Positions 1 to 11,436 of a stretch of 64,000 nucleotides of DNA are shown here, piece by piece. Source of the stretch: an uncultured Lachnospiraceae bacterium (GTDB lineage: Bacteria; Bacillota; Clostridia; Lachnospirales; Lachnospiraceae); contig CAMWJF010000012.1 in the NCBI GenBank assembly GCA_947174505.1, positions 10,607 to 74,606 of the forward strand, read 5' to 3'. The translations under genes and the position numbers were made by a program. Every line of letters starts with the position of its first letter. Position 1 is the first letter of the stretch. The notes under the pieces were generated by a model. That model was given only the letters and a program-made list of their open reading frames with translations. It was not told where the DNA came from and did not search any database.

Positions 1-1
1 C

Positions 2-346
2 ACTGACAATGCTGTCCTATCCGGGCTTATCGGCATTGCGCGGCTGGGCGGCTATATGGTCTTTTTCAACCTACTGAACATCCTTTTCGTGCCGTTTACG
101 CATCTGCCTGCCGTTCTTCTGCAGGCCTACTACTGCATACTGGAAATCACAGGCGGCATCGCGCGCTGTGGTCAGCTCCATCCGTATCTTGTGCTTGTTA
201 TGCTGCCCTTTGGCGGTTTCTCCTGCATCGCACAGACTTACAGTATGATCCGGGATACCGGTCTGTCCATCCGCACCTACCTGTGCCACAAGCTTGCGCA
301 GACAGCCATTACTGCCCTGGTTTATATGCTGTGGCAGCCGTTCTGA
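2..346 (+). CDS. ylbJ: Sporulation integral membrane protein YlbJ-like, 3' part (5' end outside window)
   Basis: Frame is open from base 2. Hydrophobic, with LEITGG and FGGFSCIAQT motifs typical of the YlbJ C-terminus. ylbJ is usually found near coaD/rsmD. Confidence 0.7.
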   Translation, partial: TDNAVLSGLIGIARLGGYMVFFNLLNILFVPFTHLPAVLLQAYYCILEITGGIARCGQLHPYLVLVMLPFGGFSCIAQTYSMIRDTGLSIRTYLCHKLAQTAITALVYMLWQPF

Positions 347-435
347 GAGACCGGCGGACTGCCCTGGTACGCGAAACGGCTGTCTACCAGAACGGAAACG
401 TCTTCGTATCTTCTGCTTCTGCGTACCGATGTCTG

Positions 436-1908
436 TCAACGCCGCCTTCTCCTTCTGCGCCGTTTCCTGCGTTTTCCGCTCTTTAGAATCAGCGCCATGG
501 ACAGCGCAAGGCCGACCACCAGCAGGGCGCATACCAGACATACTGTCAGAAAATAACTGATCGTAGGCTCCTTGTCTTCCTCTTTTTCATGTGAGCTGAC
601 ATGCTTTTTCGCCTGATTTTCCGCAGAAACGGCATTCTGTTTCGCCTGCTCCTCGGCCTCGGCCTTTGCCGCGGCCGCAATCCGCTCCTGTTCAGCCAGT
701 TCCGCGGCGATTTCCTCCTCCGTTTTATAGTCCATGGAAGGAAGGGAAACGAGATTGCTCTCGGTAAACAGATCATAGCCGTTATAGCCCCGCACCACGA
801 TCTGAGGTATAATATGGGGCGGCACATTCATGGTGAAGGTGATGGTATCCTTCGTTTTATCGCCCCAGGCAAGCCGGGGGAAAAAGGTGTTTCCGCCGTC
901 ATAACTGTAATCATAATACAACATCCCACTGTCATAATCCACAGCGGACAACTCCACCGTCACATTTCCGGTTTCCATTTCCTGATCTGTGACCTCAATC
1001 ATACAGATATCCGGTTCGGTTGTGTCGGGCCGCATAACGCCCGACGGCACCGGAATGTCCAAAACCGGGTAACCGCTGTAATCCACCCCGAGGGTATCTG
1101 ACCGCAGATGAAAATATTTGGCGGCGGATTCCGCATCCAGCCTGCCGAAAGCCTCCCACTGTTCTCTCCCCTCGCAAAAGGGCCTGTCGTTTGCGTGATC
1201 CATGTGACAGTGCTCGATCAGCACACAGGTCAGATCCTGTTCCACGGCATGACGTATGATACCGTAGTAATCCGTTCCCTTTTTTCCGATCCTTGTCTTG
1301 ATGCCCCTCGAGTAAAGGCCCAAATCTTCCAAAGCACTGATCTCAATGTCGGCAAAAGCATACCCTTCGCTGTAATGTCTTCCGAAAGCGGACACCCAGC
1401 ATTCCGCCCCAAAGAGTGTGTTGTGATCCTTGGAGAGATTATAATGGAGGCAGAAGAGAAAATCCGCCTGCACAGACTTGGCATATGCCACGCGCTCCTC
1501 GAGGGACAGCTTCCTGTCGTCCTCCCTTGTCAGATAGACCGTGACATCCTCATACTTTTCCAGCTCCTCCTTCATGGCCCTGGCGGTAATCAGCGTCATG
1601 TCCTTCTCCACAAAGGAATCGTACATGCCGCCCTCCTCCTCACCGCCGTGCCCCGGGTCAATGACGACCACCAGCTTTTCCACCGGCAATTCCTCTATTT
1701 CTTCTCCTGCCGCTGCATCTTCCGGCACGGAAGCAGGCTCCCCATCAGCCGCTGTTTCCGCCGCTTTTACGTTCGGCAGCGTGTCCGCGTAAAGGCAGAC
1801 AGAAAGCACCAAAAGAAGGCAGAAAGAAAACAAGCCGGCTTCATAGGGAAACCGGCCCACCTGTCTTATTTTCCATTTACAACTTACTTTTTCTTTTATT
1901 TTCATCAT
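436..1908 (-). CDS. N-acetylmuramoyl-L-alanine amidase (Amidase_3), membrane-anchored
   Basis: VVIDPGHGG, E, SLEERV, LHYN and LIEHCHM zinc-amidase motifs. N-terminal hydrophobic segment; C-terminal TM helix followed by a poly-basic tail. Confidence 0.85.
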   Translation of the reverse strand: MMKIKEKVSCKWKIRQVGRFPYEAGLFSFCLLLVLSVCLYADTLPNVKAAETAADGEPASVPEDAAAGEEIEELPVEKLVVVIDPGHGGEEEGGMYDSFVEKDMTLITARAMKEELEKYEDVTVYLTREDDRKLSLEERVAYAKSVQADFLFCLHYNLSKDHNTLFGAECWVSAFGRHYSEGYAFADIEISALEDLGLYSRGIKTRIGKKGTDYYGIIRHAVEQDLTCVLIEHCHMDHANDRPFCEGREQWEAFGRLDAESAAKYFHLRSDTLGVDYSGYPVLDIPVPSGVMRPDTTEPDICMIEVTDQEMETGNVTVELSAVDYDSGMLYYDYSYDGGNTFFPRLAWGDKTKDTITFTMNVPPHIIPQIVVRGYNGYDLFTESNLVSLPSMDYKTEEEIAAELAEQERIAAAAKAEAEEQAKQNAVSAENQAKKHVSSHEKEEDKEPTISYFLTVCLVCALLVVGLALSMALILKSGKRRKRRRRRRRR

Positions 1909-2513
1909 TACATCAGATCCAGCTCCGGCCCGGGTTCCGCTTCCCCCTCGGCCTCCTTAAGCATTTTTTCTACCTCCACGGGACGCAGTTCCGCACGGTT
2001 TGCCTTCACAATCTCATTGTAACCGCTGATCGTGTTAAAAAAGCTCTCATAATGTTCCGTAGCCGCCGTGAGTGTGGTCGTCATGGCGTTTTCCAGATTG
2101 GATAGCATCTCATCAAGGTACTGCATGGCGGAAGTCTTGACGCCATTGGCCTCCAAGGTCGCATTATTCAGGATTTCCTGCGCCTGTGTAGTCGCCATGC
2201 GCACCACCTCGTTGGCCTGCGCGTAAGCCTGCTGCATAATTTCGTGTTCGTTAATCAGTTCTGTGGTCTGTACCGTCGCATCCTTAATGAGCGCCTCCGC
2301 TTTCGTGCGGGCATCATTCAGGATCGCCTCCTTATTGGAGATAATTTTCTGGTAGCGCTTGATTTCGTCCGGGGTCTTCATGCGAAGCTCCCGCAGAAGC
2401 TCATCGATTTCTTCTTTATTTACGATAATATTGGTCTTGGAAAGCGGCTGGAATTTGCAGCCGTCAATGTAGTCCTCAATCTCATCGATAAGTTGTTCAA
2501 TTCTACTGCTCAT
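1908..2513 (-). CDS. Conserved coiled-coil protein (DivIVA/ATPase-subunit-like) downstream of coaD
   Basis: 201 aa, heptad-rich. rsmD-coaD-coiled-coil order is typical of Clostridia. Stop codon overlaps the amidase start. Confidence 0.65.
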   Translation of the reverse strand: MSSRIEQLIDEIEDYIDGCKFQPLSKTNIIVNKEEIDELLRELRMKTPDEIKRYQKIISNKEAILNDARTKAEALIKDATVQTTELINEHEIMQQAYAQANEVVRMATTQAQEILNNATLEANGVKTSAMQYLDEMLSNLENAMTTTLTAATEHYESFFNTISGYNEIVKANRAELRPVEVEKMLKEAEGEAEPGPELDLM

Positions 2514-2522
2514 TGCCTGCTC

Positions 2523-3011
2523 CTATCTCTTATATCCGTATTTTTCATAGATTAACCGCCCGACAAAATCAGGCACGCACTCCGAGATATCCCCGTTAAA
2601 GCTTGCAATTTCCTTGACGGTGGAAGAACTTAAGTACGCGTATTCGAGACTGGTCGTCAAAAACACCGTATCCAATTTTCCATCAGAGAATTTACGGTTC
2701 GTCTGCGCGATCTGCAGCTCATATTCGAAATCCGTAATAGCGCGCAGCCCTCTGATCGCCACATGAATATCTTTTCTTGCGGCATAATCAATCAAAAGAC
2801 CGCTAAAAGAATCTATCGTCACATTAGGAAGATCGCGGGTCGCTTCCTCTAACATTCTAACACGTTCTTCCACAGAAAACAATGGAGTCTTTGTTTTATT
2901 GTTTAACACGCTTACCGTTAATTCATCAAATATCTCAGAAGCCCGCCTGATAATATCCAGATGTCCGTAAGTGACCGGGTCAAAGCTGCCCGGGTAGATT
3001 GCTGCCTTCAT
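2523..3011 (-). CDS. coaD: Pantetheine-phosphate adenylyltransferase
   Basis: [30 protein letters not shown] and SSSTVKE motifs. Start placed at MKAAIY behind a GGGGA RBS (ORF track starts at 3026). Confidence 0.97.
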   Translation of the reverse strand: MKAAIYPGSFDPVTYGHLDIIRRASEIFDELTVSVLNNKTKTPLFSVEERVRMLEEATRDLPNVTIDSFSGLLIDYAARKDIHVAIRGLRAITDFEYELQIAQTNRKFSDGKLDTVFLTTSLEYAYLSSSTVKEIASFNGDISECVPDFVGRLIYEKYGYKR

Positions 3012-3053
3012 AGAAAGTCCCCACATTTAAAACTGATCGAATAACCAAAATCT

Positions 3054-3082
3054 ATGATACCATATTAAAACAATTTTGCCAA
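3054..3082 (-). promoter_or_regulatory. Putative sigma-A promoter of coaD
   Basis: TTGGCA-N17-TATCAT with a TG extension on the minus strand. Confidence 0.5.
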
Positions 3083-3139
3083 AAAGTCTTTACTTATTTT
3101 TAAATTTTTGTAATTTTTTGGAAAAAATATTGCGTGGTA

Positions 3140-3688
3140 TTACATTTTCCGACAAAAAACATGCCGGTTCGTTTTGTACCGCTTCTCCTTTTCCACGGCA
3201 AAGCTTAAGCTTTCCAGCCTGGAAATGTCCGTATGCAGGGAGGTTTCGATCACAATCAGGGTGTTCTCCGTCACCCAGGGCAGCTCCTTGAGGGCCGCCA
3301 GCACACGGTCCTCGTGCCCGCAGTCGTAGGGGGGATCCATAAAGACGATGTCCGCCTCCTTCTCATGGATACCGTAGAGGGCGGAAAGCACATCCGTTTT
3401 TAAGACCGTCGCCTGATCCGCAAGATGGGTGAACTGTAGATTCTCCTGTATACAGGAAAGCGCCTTTTTATCATTTTCCACAAAATAAGCGTGCCTTGCG
3501 CCGCGGCTCAAAGCCTCAATGCCGATGCCGCCGCTGCCGCTGAACAGATCGAAAAACAGCGCGCCGCCAAGATAAGGCTGCAGCATATTAAAAAGGGTCT
3601 CCTTGATCCGGTCCGTGGTGGGCCTGGTATCCATCCCGTCCGGCGTTTTTAGGCGCAGACTTCTCGCCGTTCCCGCTATCACTCGCAT
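3140..3688 (-). CDS. rsmD: 16S rRNA (guanine966-N2)-methyltransferase
   Basis: MRVIAG, TRPTTDRIKETLFN, DLFSGSG and DPPY motifs. Confidence 0.95.
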   Translation of the reverse strand: MRVIAGTARSLRLKTPDGMDTRPTTDRIKETLFNMLQPYLGGALFFDLFSGSGGIGIEALSRGARHAYFVENDKKALSCIQENLQFTHLADQATVLKTDVLSALYGIHEKEADIVFMDPPYDCGHEDRVLAALKELPWVTENTLIVIETSLHTDISRLESLSFAVEKEKRYKTNRHVFCRKM

Positions 3689-3725
3689 TTATGATCCTCA
3701 CTCTCCGATTGGTTCCACACAGATT

Positions 3726-5963
<2,238 letters not shown>

Positions 5964-6000
5964 TTTTTCTCCATTCCGAAGCGCTCTATGCTGAGGAACG

Positions 6001-6100
6001 CGAGCAGAATATCAGATTCTGCTCTGCGATCAAGAGAATTTGTGATGCTTCTTCACAAATCTTGGTTGAATAAATTGCTCATCAGAGAATTTATTCAACC
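6001..6100. repeat. Triple-hairpin intergenic element (family 2)
   Basis: Inverted repeats: GAGCAGAAT/ATTCTGCTC (6002-6024), ATTTGTGA/TCACAAAT (6038-6060), GGTTGAATAAATT/AATTTATTCAACC (6064-6100). Confidence 0.8.
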
Positions 6101-6185
6101 TTATTCTCTTTCTTTTCGGGAAAGTATTCCCGCTCATTTATTCCTGTCTTTTTTCATCCGGGGAGACATCTGACCATCTGCCGGG

Positions 6186-8114
6186 TCAGACATCCAGCTC
6201 CGCCTCCTGCGCATTCTTATAGATAAAGGCTTTTCTCGGCGGCACCTCCGTGCCCATCAGCATCTCCGTCACCTCGCTGGCCATGCGGGCGTCCTCGATC
6301 TCCACCTGCTTTAAGAGCCTTTTTTCGGGGTCAAGGGTGGTCTCCCAGAGCTGTTCGGCGTCCATCTCGCCAAGACCTTTATATCTCTGTAAGGTGAAAG
6401 GCCCTTTGTGTCTCTTGCGGTACTTCTCCAGCGCTTTGTCGTCGTAGAGATACTCTTCCGCCCCCTTGGAGGGCATAGCCTTATACAGCGGCGGCATGGC
6501 GATATAGACATGTCCCTCATAAATCAGCTCTGGCATAAAGCGGTAAAACAGGGTGAGCAGCAATGTGGAAATATGGGCGCCGTCCACGTCCGCATCGGCC
6601 ATGATGATAATTTTGTCGTAGCGCAGCTTCGAGATGTCGAAATCGTTGCCGTACCCTTCCGAGAAACCGCAGCCGAAGGCGTTGATCATGGTCTTGATCT
6701 CAGCGTTTGCCAGCACCTTGTCGATACTCGCCTTCTCCACGTTCAGAATTTTGCCGCGGATCGGCAGAATGGCCTGATACATACGGTTTCTGGCGGTCTT
6801 GGCGCTGCCCCCCGCGGAATCGCCCTCCACGATGAAGATTTCGCACTTGGAGGGGTCTTTTGACTCGCAGTTTGCCAGTTTTCCGTTGGAGTCGAAGGAA
6901 AATTTCTGTTTGGTTAACAGGTTTGTCTTGGCTTTTTCCTCCGTCTTACGGATTTTCGCCGCCTTCTCCGCGCAGCCGATAATGCTCTTAAGGGTATCAA
7001 GATTGCGGTCGAAGAATCGGACAATCTCGTCTCCTGTCACCTTGCTGACAACCTTCGCCGCGTCCTGGTTGTCCAGCTTGGTCTTCGTCTGTCCCTCAAA
7101 GCGGGGATCGGGATGCTTGATGGAAACAACCGCCGTCATGCCGTTTCTCACATCCGCGCCGGTGAAGTTCACATCCTTTTCTTTCAGGATGTTTAACCCC
7201 CTCGCGTAAGTGTTAATCACGTTTGTAAACATGGTCTTAAAGCCTGTCAGATGCGTACCGCCCTCGGCGTTATAAATATTATTACAGAAGCCCAGCACAT
7301 TCTCGTGAAATTCATTCACATACTGGAACGCGCACTCCACGGTAATGCCTTCCGCTTCTCCCTTAAAATAGATCACATCGTGGATGCTCTCCCTGGACTT
7401 GTTCATATCCTTGATAAAGCCCACGATGCCTTCCGGCTCATGGTACTCGATATGCTCAATCTCCGTCCCCCTCTTATCCTCGTAGATAATTGTCAGCTCC
7501 GGGTTCAGGTAAGCAGTCTCGTGGAGGCGGCTTTTCACGTCGTCCTCCTTGAAGCGGGTCTTGTCAAAGATGGTGTCATCCGGCAGGAAGTTAATGGTGG
7601 TGCCGGACTCCTTCGTTTTGCCCACGACAGGGAGAAGTCCGTTCTTCAGGTCCATTGTGGGGATGCCGCGCTCATAATGATCCTCATAGATCTGCCCGCC
7701 GGTCTTAACGGTCACATGGAGATAGGCAGACAGCGCGTTGACCACCGAGGAACCCACACCGTGGAGTCCGCCGCTGGTCTTATAAGCGTCGTTATCAAAT
7801 TTTCCGCCCGCGTGAAGTGTGGTGAACACCAGCCGCTCCGCGCTGATACCTTTTTCGTGCATCCCCACGGGAATGCCGCGGCCATTGTCCGAAACGGTGG
7901 CGGAACCGTCCGCCTCCAGCGTCACCCGGATGGTACTGCAATAGCCCGCCAGATGCTCGTCCACCGCATTGTCCATGATCTCGTAAATCAGATGGTTTAA
8001 GCCTTTGGTGGAAACGCTGCCGATGTACATGCCGGGACGAACCCGGACTGCCTCTAAGCCCTCCAGGACTGTGATGCTGGAGGCGTCGTATGTGTTGTTA
8101 TCTGTCTTTGCCAT
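6186..8114 (-). CDS. parE: Type II topoisomerase subunit B (ParE-like / GyrB paralogue)
   Basis: LEGLEAVRVRPGMY, DNGRGIP, GLHGVGSSVVNALS, VEGDSAGG, DADVDG and RYKGLGEM motifs. Start at MAKTD (ORF track starts at 8171). Confidence 0.85.
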   Translation of the reverse strand: MAKTDNNTYDASSITVLEGLEAVRVRPGMYIGSVSTKGLNHLIYEIMDNAVDEHLAGYCSTIRVTLEADGSATVSDNGRGIPVGMHEKGISAERLVFTTLHAGGKFDNDAYKTSGGLHGVGSSVVNALSAYLHVTVKTGGQIYEDHYERGIPTMDLKNGLLPVVGKTKESGTTINFLPDDTIFDKTRFKEDDVKSRLHETAYLNPELTIIYEDKRGTEIEHIEYHEPEGIVGFIKDMNKSRESIHDVIYFKGEAEGITVECAFQYVNEFHENVLGFCNNIYNAEGGTHLTGFKTMFTNVINTYARGLNILKEKDVNFTGADVRNGMTAVVSIKHPDPRFEGQTKTKLDNQDAAKVVSKVTGDEIVRFFDRNLDTLKSIIGCAEKAAKIRKTEEKAKTNLLTKQKFSFDSNGKLANCESKDPSKCEIFIVEGDSAGGSAKTARNRMYQAILPIRGKILNVEKASIDKVLANAEIKTMINAFGCGFSEGYGNDFDISKLRYDKIIIMADADVDGAHISTLLLTLFYRFMPELIYEGHVYIAMPPLYKAMPSKGAEEYLYDDKALEKYRKRHKGPFTLQRYKGLGEMDAEQLWETTLDPEKRLLKQVEIEDARMASEVTEMLMGTEVPPRKAFIYKNAQEAELDV

Positions 8115-8233
8115 TCTCAGTCTAACCTCATTCCGCAGTACTGCACACGCCCACGGGGATTTCCTGCGCAAACCGCACTATGCAGGATTTCCTTCATAAT
8201 CTTCCCGGTCCGTGTACTGCTGTCGCTATGCGT

Positions 8234-8263
8234 AGCATACCATACATCTGGTATTTTTGTAAA
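8234..8263 (-). promoter_or_regulatory. Putative sigma-A promoter of parE-parC
   Basis: TTTACA-N18-TATGCT with an extended TG. Confidence 0.45.
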
Positions 8264-8444
8264 GAAAAAGTACTATATTGTGTAGCCTGTTATGTGGCTT
8301 TTCAGCTACCCTTCCCGCCATGTATTCCACGGTCAGAGTCGTCCGCCACGCGATTTTGCAAGCCGTGCAGGAATACATTTTCGGTTTTAAACATTGTTTT
8401 GCCCGTCTTGCCGACAACCAAAAGGCTGGTCGCTTGTTCCTGCC

Positions 8445-9182
8445 CTATTCCTCCACCCGGTACAGGTATTCCCGTCCCCGTTTCCCTTCCCTGCGCAGGA
8501 TATCCAGATACATCAGAATCGGCACGGCATCCGCGGCCAGATCCCGTCTGATGCCCGCCGCTTTCGCAAAATCCGAGATCGTAAAGGGTTCCTGCAGATT
8601 AATCGGGACAAACTGCATGAAATCCTCCGTCCGCTCCACCCGGATCTCGTCATGGAGGGAAAGCGGCATCCTGTCATAGCGCGTGGAACCACGTTTTTTA
8701 TTACGGCTCCAGCCGTTTAAGAGCCGGTATTCGTCCATATCAATCAGCGGAAACGCAAAGGACAGATTCGGGTCTTTCAAAAAGGGTTTGATCCGGTATA
8801 ATTCCGCAAAGGCGTGATAGGCGTTTCCGGTCACGGGGGACTTATGCTTTTCGGAAAGCGCCCCGCTCTCCTCATTGATCCAGATCAGCCATTTAAAATG
8901 CGGAATCGGCAGCACCACCGTGACCTGATATAGCGGCAGAAAGGCAGAAAGCTTCGGCCGCAGCCTTCCGAAATTCCCATTCTGTATCTCTATAATGTGT
9001 CCGTTCCTGTAAATATCCGCAATATATCCTTCCACGGGCACCTCATGGCAGTCCTCGTCAGGCTCATAATAAAGCTTCATAACCGCATGCACCGTCTTTT
9101 CCTGCAGCGTGCCAAATCCGTGAGGATCATTCTGCTTTAGCAGCACTTTTCGTTTTGCGCTTTCAAATGCATTCTTATCCAT
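8445..9182 (-). CDS. Hypothetical protein with a PD-(D/E)XK-like core and a C-terminal winged-HTH-like segment
   Basis: E..V.GYIADI...IIEIQ pattern; C-terminal FTISDFAKAAGI...REGKRGREYLY. Start at MDKNAF (ORF track starts at 9218). Confidence 0.55.
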   Translation of the reverse strand: MDKNAFESAKRKVLLKQNDPHGFGTLQEKTVHAVMKLYYEPDEDCHEVPVEGYIADIYRNGHIIEIQNGNFGRLRPKLSAFLPLYQVTVVLPIPHFKWLIWINEESGALSEKHKSPVTGNAYHAFAELYRIKPFLKDPNLSFAFPLIDMDEYRLLNGWSRNKKRGSTRYDRMPLSLHDEIRVERTEDFMQFVPINLQEPFTISDFAKAAGIRRDLAADAVPILMYLDILRREGKRGREYLYRVEE

Positions 9183-9357
9183 AACAGAGAGTATACCAGA
9201 AATTTCGCATTCGAACAAGTGTTTTATTTTCAGTATGCATGAATCGTCCGATTACGGGCGCAGACCGACAGCGCAGGCGGTTTACAAATAAATGGAGTAG
9301 GAGTATAATAAAATAGATTGGTTTATGTATGAAACCTTATAAACAGGAACCTGACTT

Positions 9358-10476
9358 ATGAATACAAAACATTGGAAAATCCGCCTGAAAAAAGGCTTTA
9401 ACAAGTTAAGAGACGTTCTGACAGGCAAAACCCAGATCACGAACCGCCTGAAATTCCATGCACTGATCGGCTCCATCGCATCTGTGCATGTTCTTTTGCT
9501 TGTCATTTTCAGCGTTTTTCAAATCATGCCGTTGTTCTATTTCAATATTTTCAGCGTACTTACCTACGTAGTCTGCTTCTGGCTGATGTGGGGAGAACGG
9601 GAGCATTATCTGACGATTTACTTTATTACCTATATCGAGGTTATACTGCATTCCTTTGCCGCCACCATCTGTCTTGGCTGGAAATTCGGGTTTGCGCAGT
9701 ATATCATCGCCATTGTTCCGGTCGGTTTTTATATCTGCTACACCCTTGATATCAAACGGAAGAAATTTACCATTGCCACTGTTTCAGCCATTTTTTCGGC
9801 TGCCGCGTTTCTGGCCTGCAAATTTCTGTCGTTCTTTGGGGAACCTCTTGTCGGGGTAGACAATATCGTACTGGAGCTGTCGTTCTATGTGTTTAATTCG
9901 CTCTGTGCTTTTGTGTTCCTGATTCTCTTCTCGCTGGTTTTCGTGTTCGAAATGAAGCTTTCCAGCAATCAGCTCAAACACCAGAATGCGATTTTGAATA
10001 AGCTTGCCAGCACCGATCCCCTGACCGGGCTTTACAACCGCCGGAGCATGGATATCTTCCTCAATCAGGCGGTGGAGTCTGCGTCCAGTTTTGCTTTGAT
10101 TATGTGTGATATTGATAATTTCAAGAAGGTAAACGACACCTATGGGCATGACTTCGGTGATGTGGTTTTAAAGGGCATCGCCGGCATCACATCGGATCAG
10201 GTAAAGGGGCATGGTTATGTCTGCCGCTGGGGCGGAGAGGAAATTCTGATTCTGATCAACAACGCTTCGGAAGAAAGTTCCCTGCGCATAGCGGAAAACA
10301 TCCGCAGGAAGGTGGCAAACCGTGTGTTCGAGCTGAACAACAAATGGATTCACTGTTCCCTCACGCTGGGCGTTGCCCTTTATGACGGCAAAGAATCTGT
10401 GGAGGATACGATCACGAGAGCCGATTACAACCTCTACTGCGGAAAGCGAAACGGAAAAAACGCTGTAGTTCTATAA
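9358..10476 (+). CDS. Membrane-bound diguanylate cyclase (GGDEF)
   Basis: Several N-terminal TM helices; DPLTGLYNRR, DIDNFKKVNDTYGH and RWGGEE. No RxxD I-site. Confidence 0.92.
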   Translation: MNTKHWKIRLKKGFNKLRDVLTGKTQITNRLKFHALIGSIASVHVLLLVIFSVFQIMPLFYFNIFSVLTYVVCFWLMWGEREHYLTIYFITYIEVILHSFAATICLGWKFGFAQYIIAIVPVGFYICYTLDIKRKKFTIATVSAIFSAAAFLACKFLSFFGEPLVGVDNIVLELSFYVFNSLCAFVFLILFSLVFVFEMKLSSNQLKHQNAILNKLASTDPLTGLYNRRSMDIFLNQAVESASSFALIMCDIDNFKKVNDTYGHDFGDVVLKGIAGITSDQVKGHGYVCRWGGEEILILINNASEESSLRIAENIRRKVANRVFELNNKWIHCSLTLGVALYDGKESVEDTITRADYNLYCGKRNGKNAVVL

Positions 10477-10505
10477 CAGATTGAGCACAAAGCGCTCAAT
10501 CTGTT
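10475..10505. terminator. Bidirectional hairpin between convergent genes
   Basis: AACAGATTGAGC/GCTCAATCTGTT 12-bp stem. Confidence 0.7.
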
Positions 10506-10508
10506 TCA

Positions 10509-11297
10509 TTAAAGTGTCCGCACATGACGGTCCCCGTGCAGGATACGCTCCCTGTCTGACGCACTTAACTGCGTCAGTTTTCCGTTTTTGTCATAATAAG
10601 TCAGCAATGTGGAGTTTTTGGCAACGGGTCGTCTGCCGTCGTCCGTAAGCAGACTGATCACCTGTTCCAGATTTCCGGACCGCAGATGCTTCCGGATTTT
10701 TTCGTCACGCTCCGCCTGTTTTGCCTCAAAATTTGCCTTTTCTTCCTGCGCGCTTACGCTTTCTGTGACTTTCTCCGCTGCTTTTGAGAGGTCTTCGCCT
10801 GCAGATATTCCCTCTTTTTCTCTCTCCAAAGCAGTTTCCGGCCGGGAAATGCCCTTCATGGCGTAGTATTCCTCGGTATAGCGTTCTGCCTCCTCAGGCG
10901 TCACATCTTCGGAAACCGTTTCTAACGGCGGTTCATTCCAGACCTTATAGAAAAAATCCCCCACCGCCTCAAACAGGCCCTTAAAAATTGACAGTACGGC
11001 ATCGAACAAACCGCCGCCTGCGCTTTCAGATTTCGAAGCTCTTTCTGACGTCTGTTCCCGTTCTGTTACCCGGCTGCCGGATAATTCCAGTTTCACGCCG
11101 CCCTGCGGCCTGACATCGACGCCGGGCTTCTGATGCAGTTTTTTGTCTTCGCCCTTCTCCTCTTTCTTTTTCGGAACATCCTGTTCCTTCTGCCGGTCCA
11201 GGCTGAATTTTTCCTGACTCTCGGCATTTTTGGCGGGCTTTAATTGACTGCTGTAGTCATAGGCGGGATTATCGCCGTCACCAACCCTGTAGATCAT
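10509..11297 (-). CDS. Hypothetical protein
   Basis: 262-aa charged protein. Start at MIYRV behind a GGGGA RBS (ORF track starts at 11330). Confidence 0.7.
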   Translation of the reverse strand: MIYRVGDGDNPAYDYSSQLKPAKNAESQEKFSLDRQKEQDVPKKKEEKGEDKKLHQKPGVDVRPQGGVKLELSGSRVTEREQTSERASKSESAGGGLFDAVLSIFKGLFEAVGDFFYKVWNEPPLETVSEDVTPEEAERYTEEYYAMKGISRPETALEREKEGISAGEDLSKAAEKVTESVSAQEEKANFEAKQAERDEKIRKHLRSGNLEQVISLLTDDGRRPVAKNSTLLTYYDKNGKLTQLSASDRERILHGDRHVRTL

Positions 11298-11436
11298 AAT
11301 TGATTCCCCTGTTAAATCACGCAGAGTCAATTCGCAAAATCGCAGCTACGCTGCTTTTCTTTTGCCCATCATATGACTCTCGTCATATAGATTTAGACTG
11401 AATCATTTCATTGAGAGCAGGCTCCCATGATCTGCT

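Noticed and set aside
436-480. Poly-Arg tail of the amidase and acidic runs in 26919-27539 and 45177-46241 as tandem repeats
   Set aside because: These are low-complexity protein segments (positive-inside anchor, linkers), not DNA repeat arrays.
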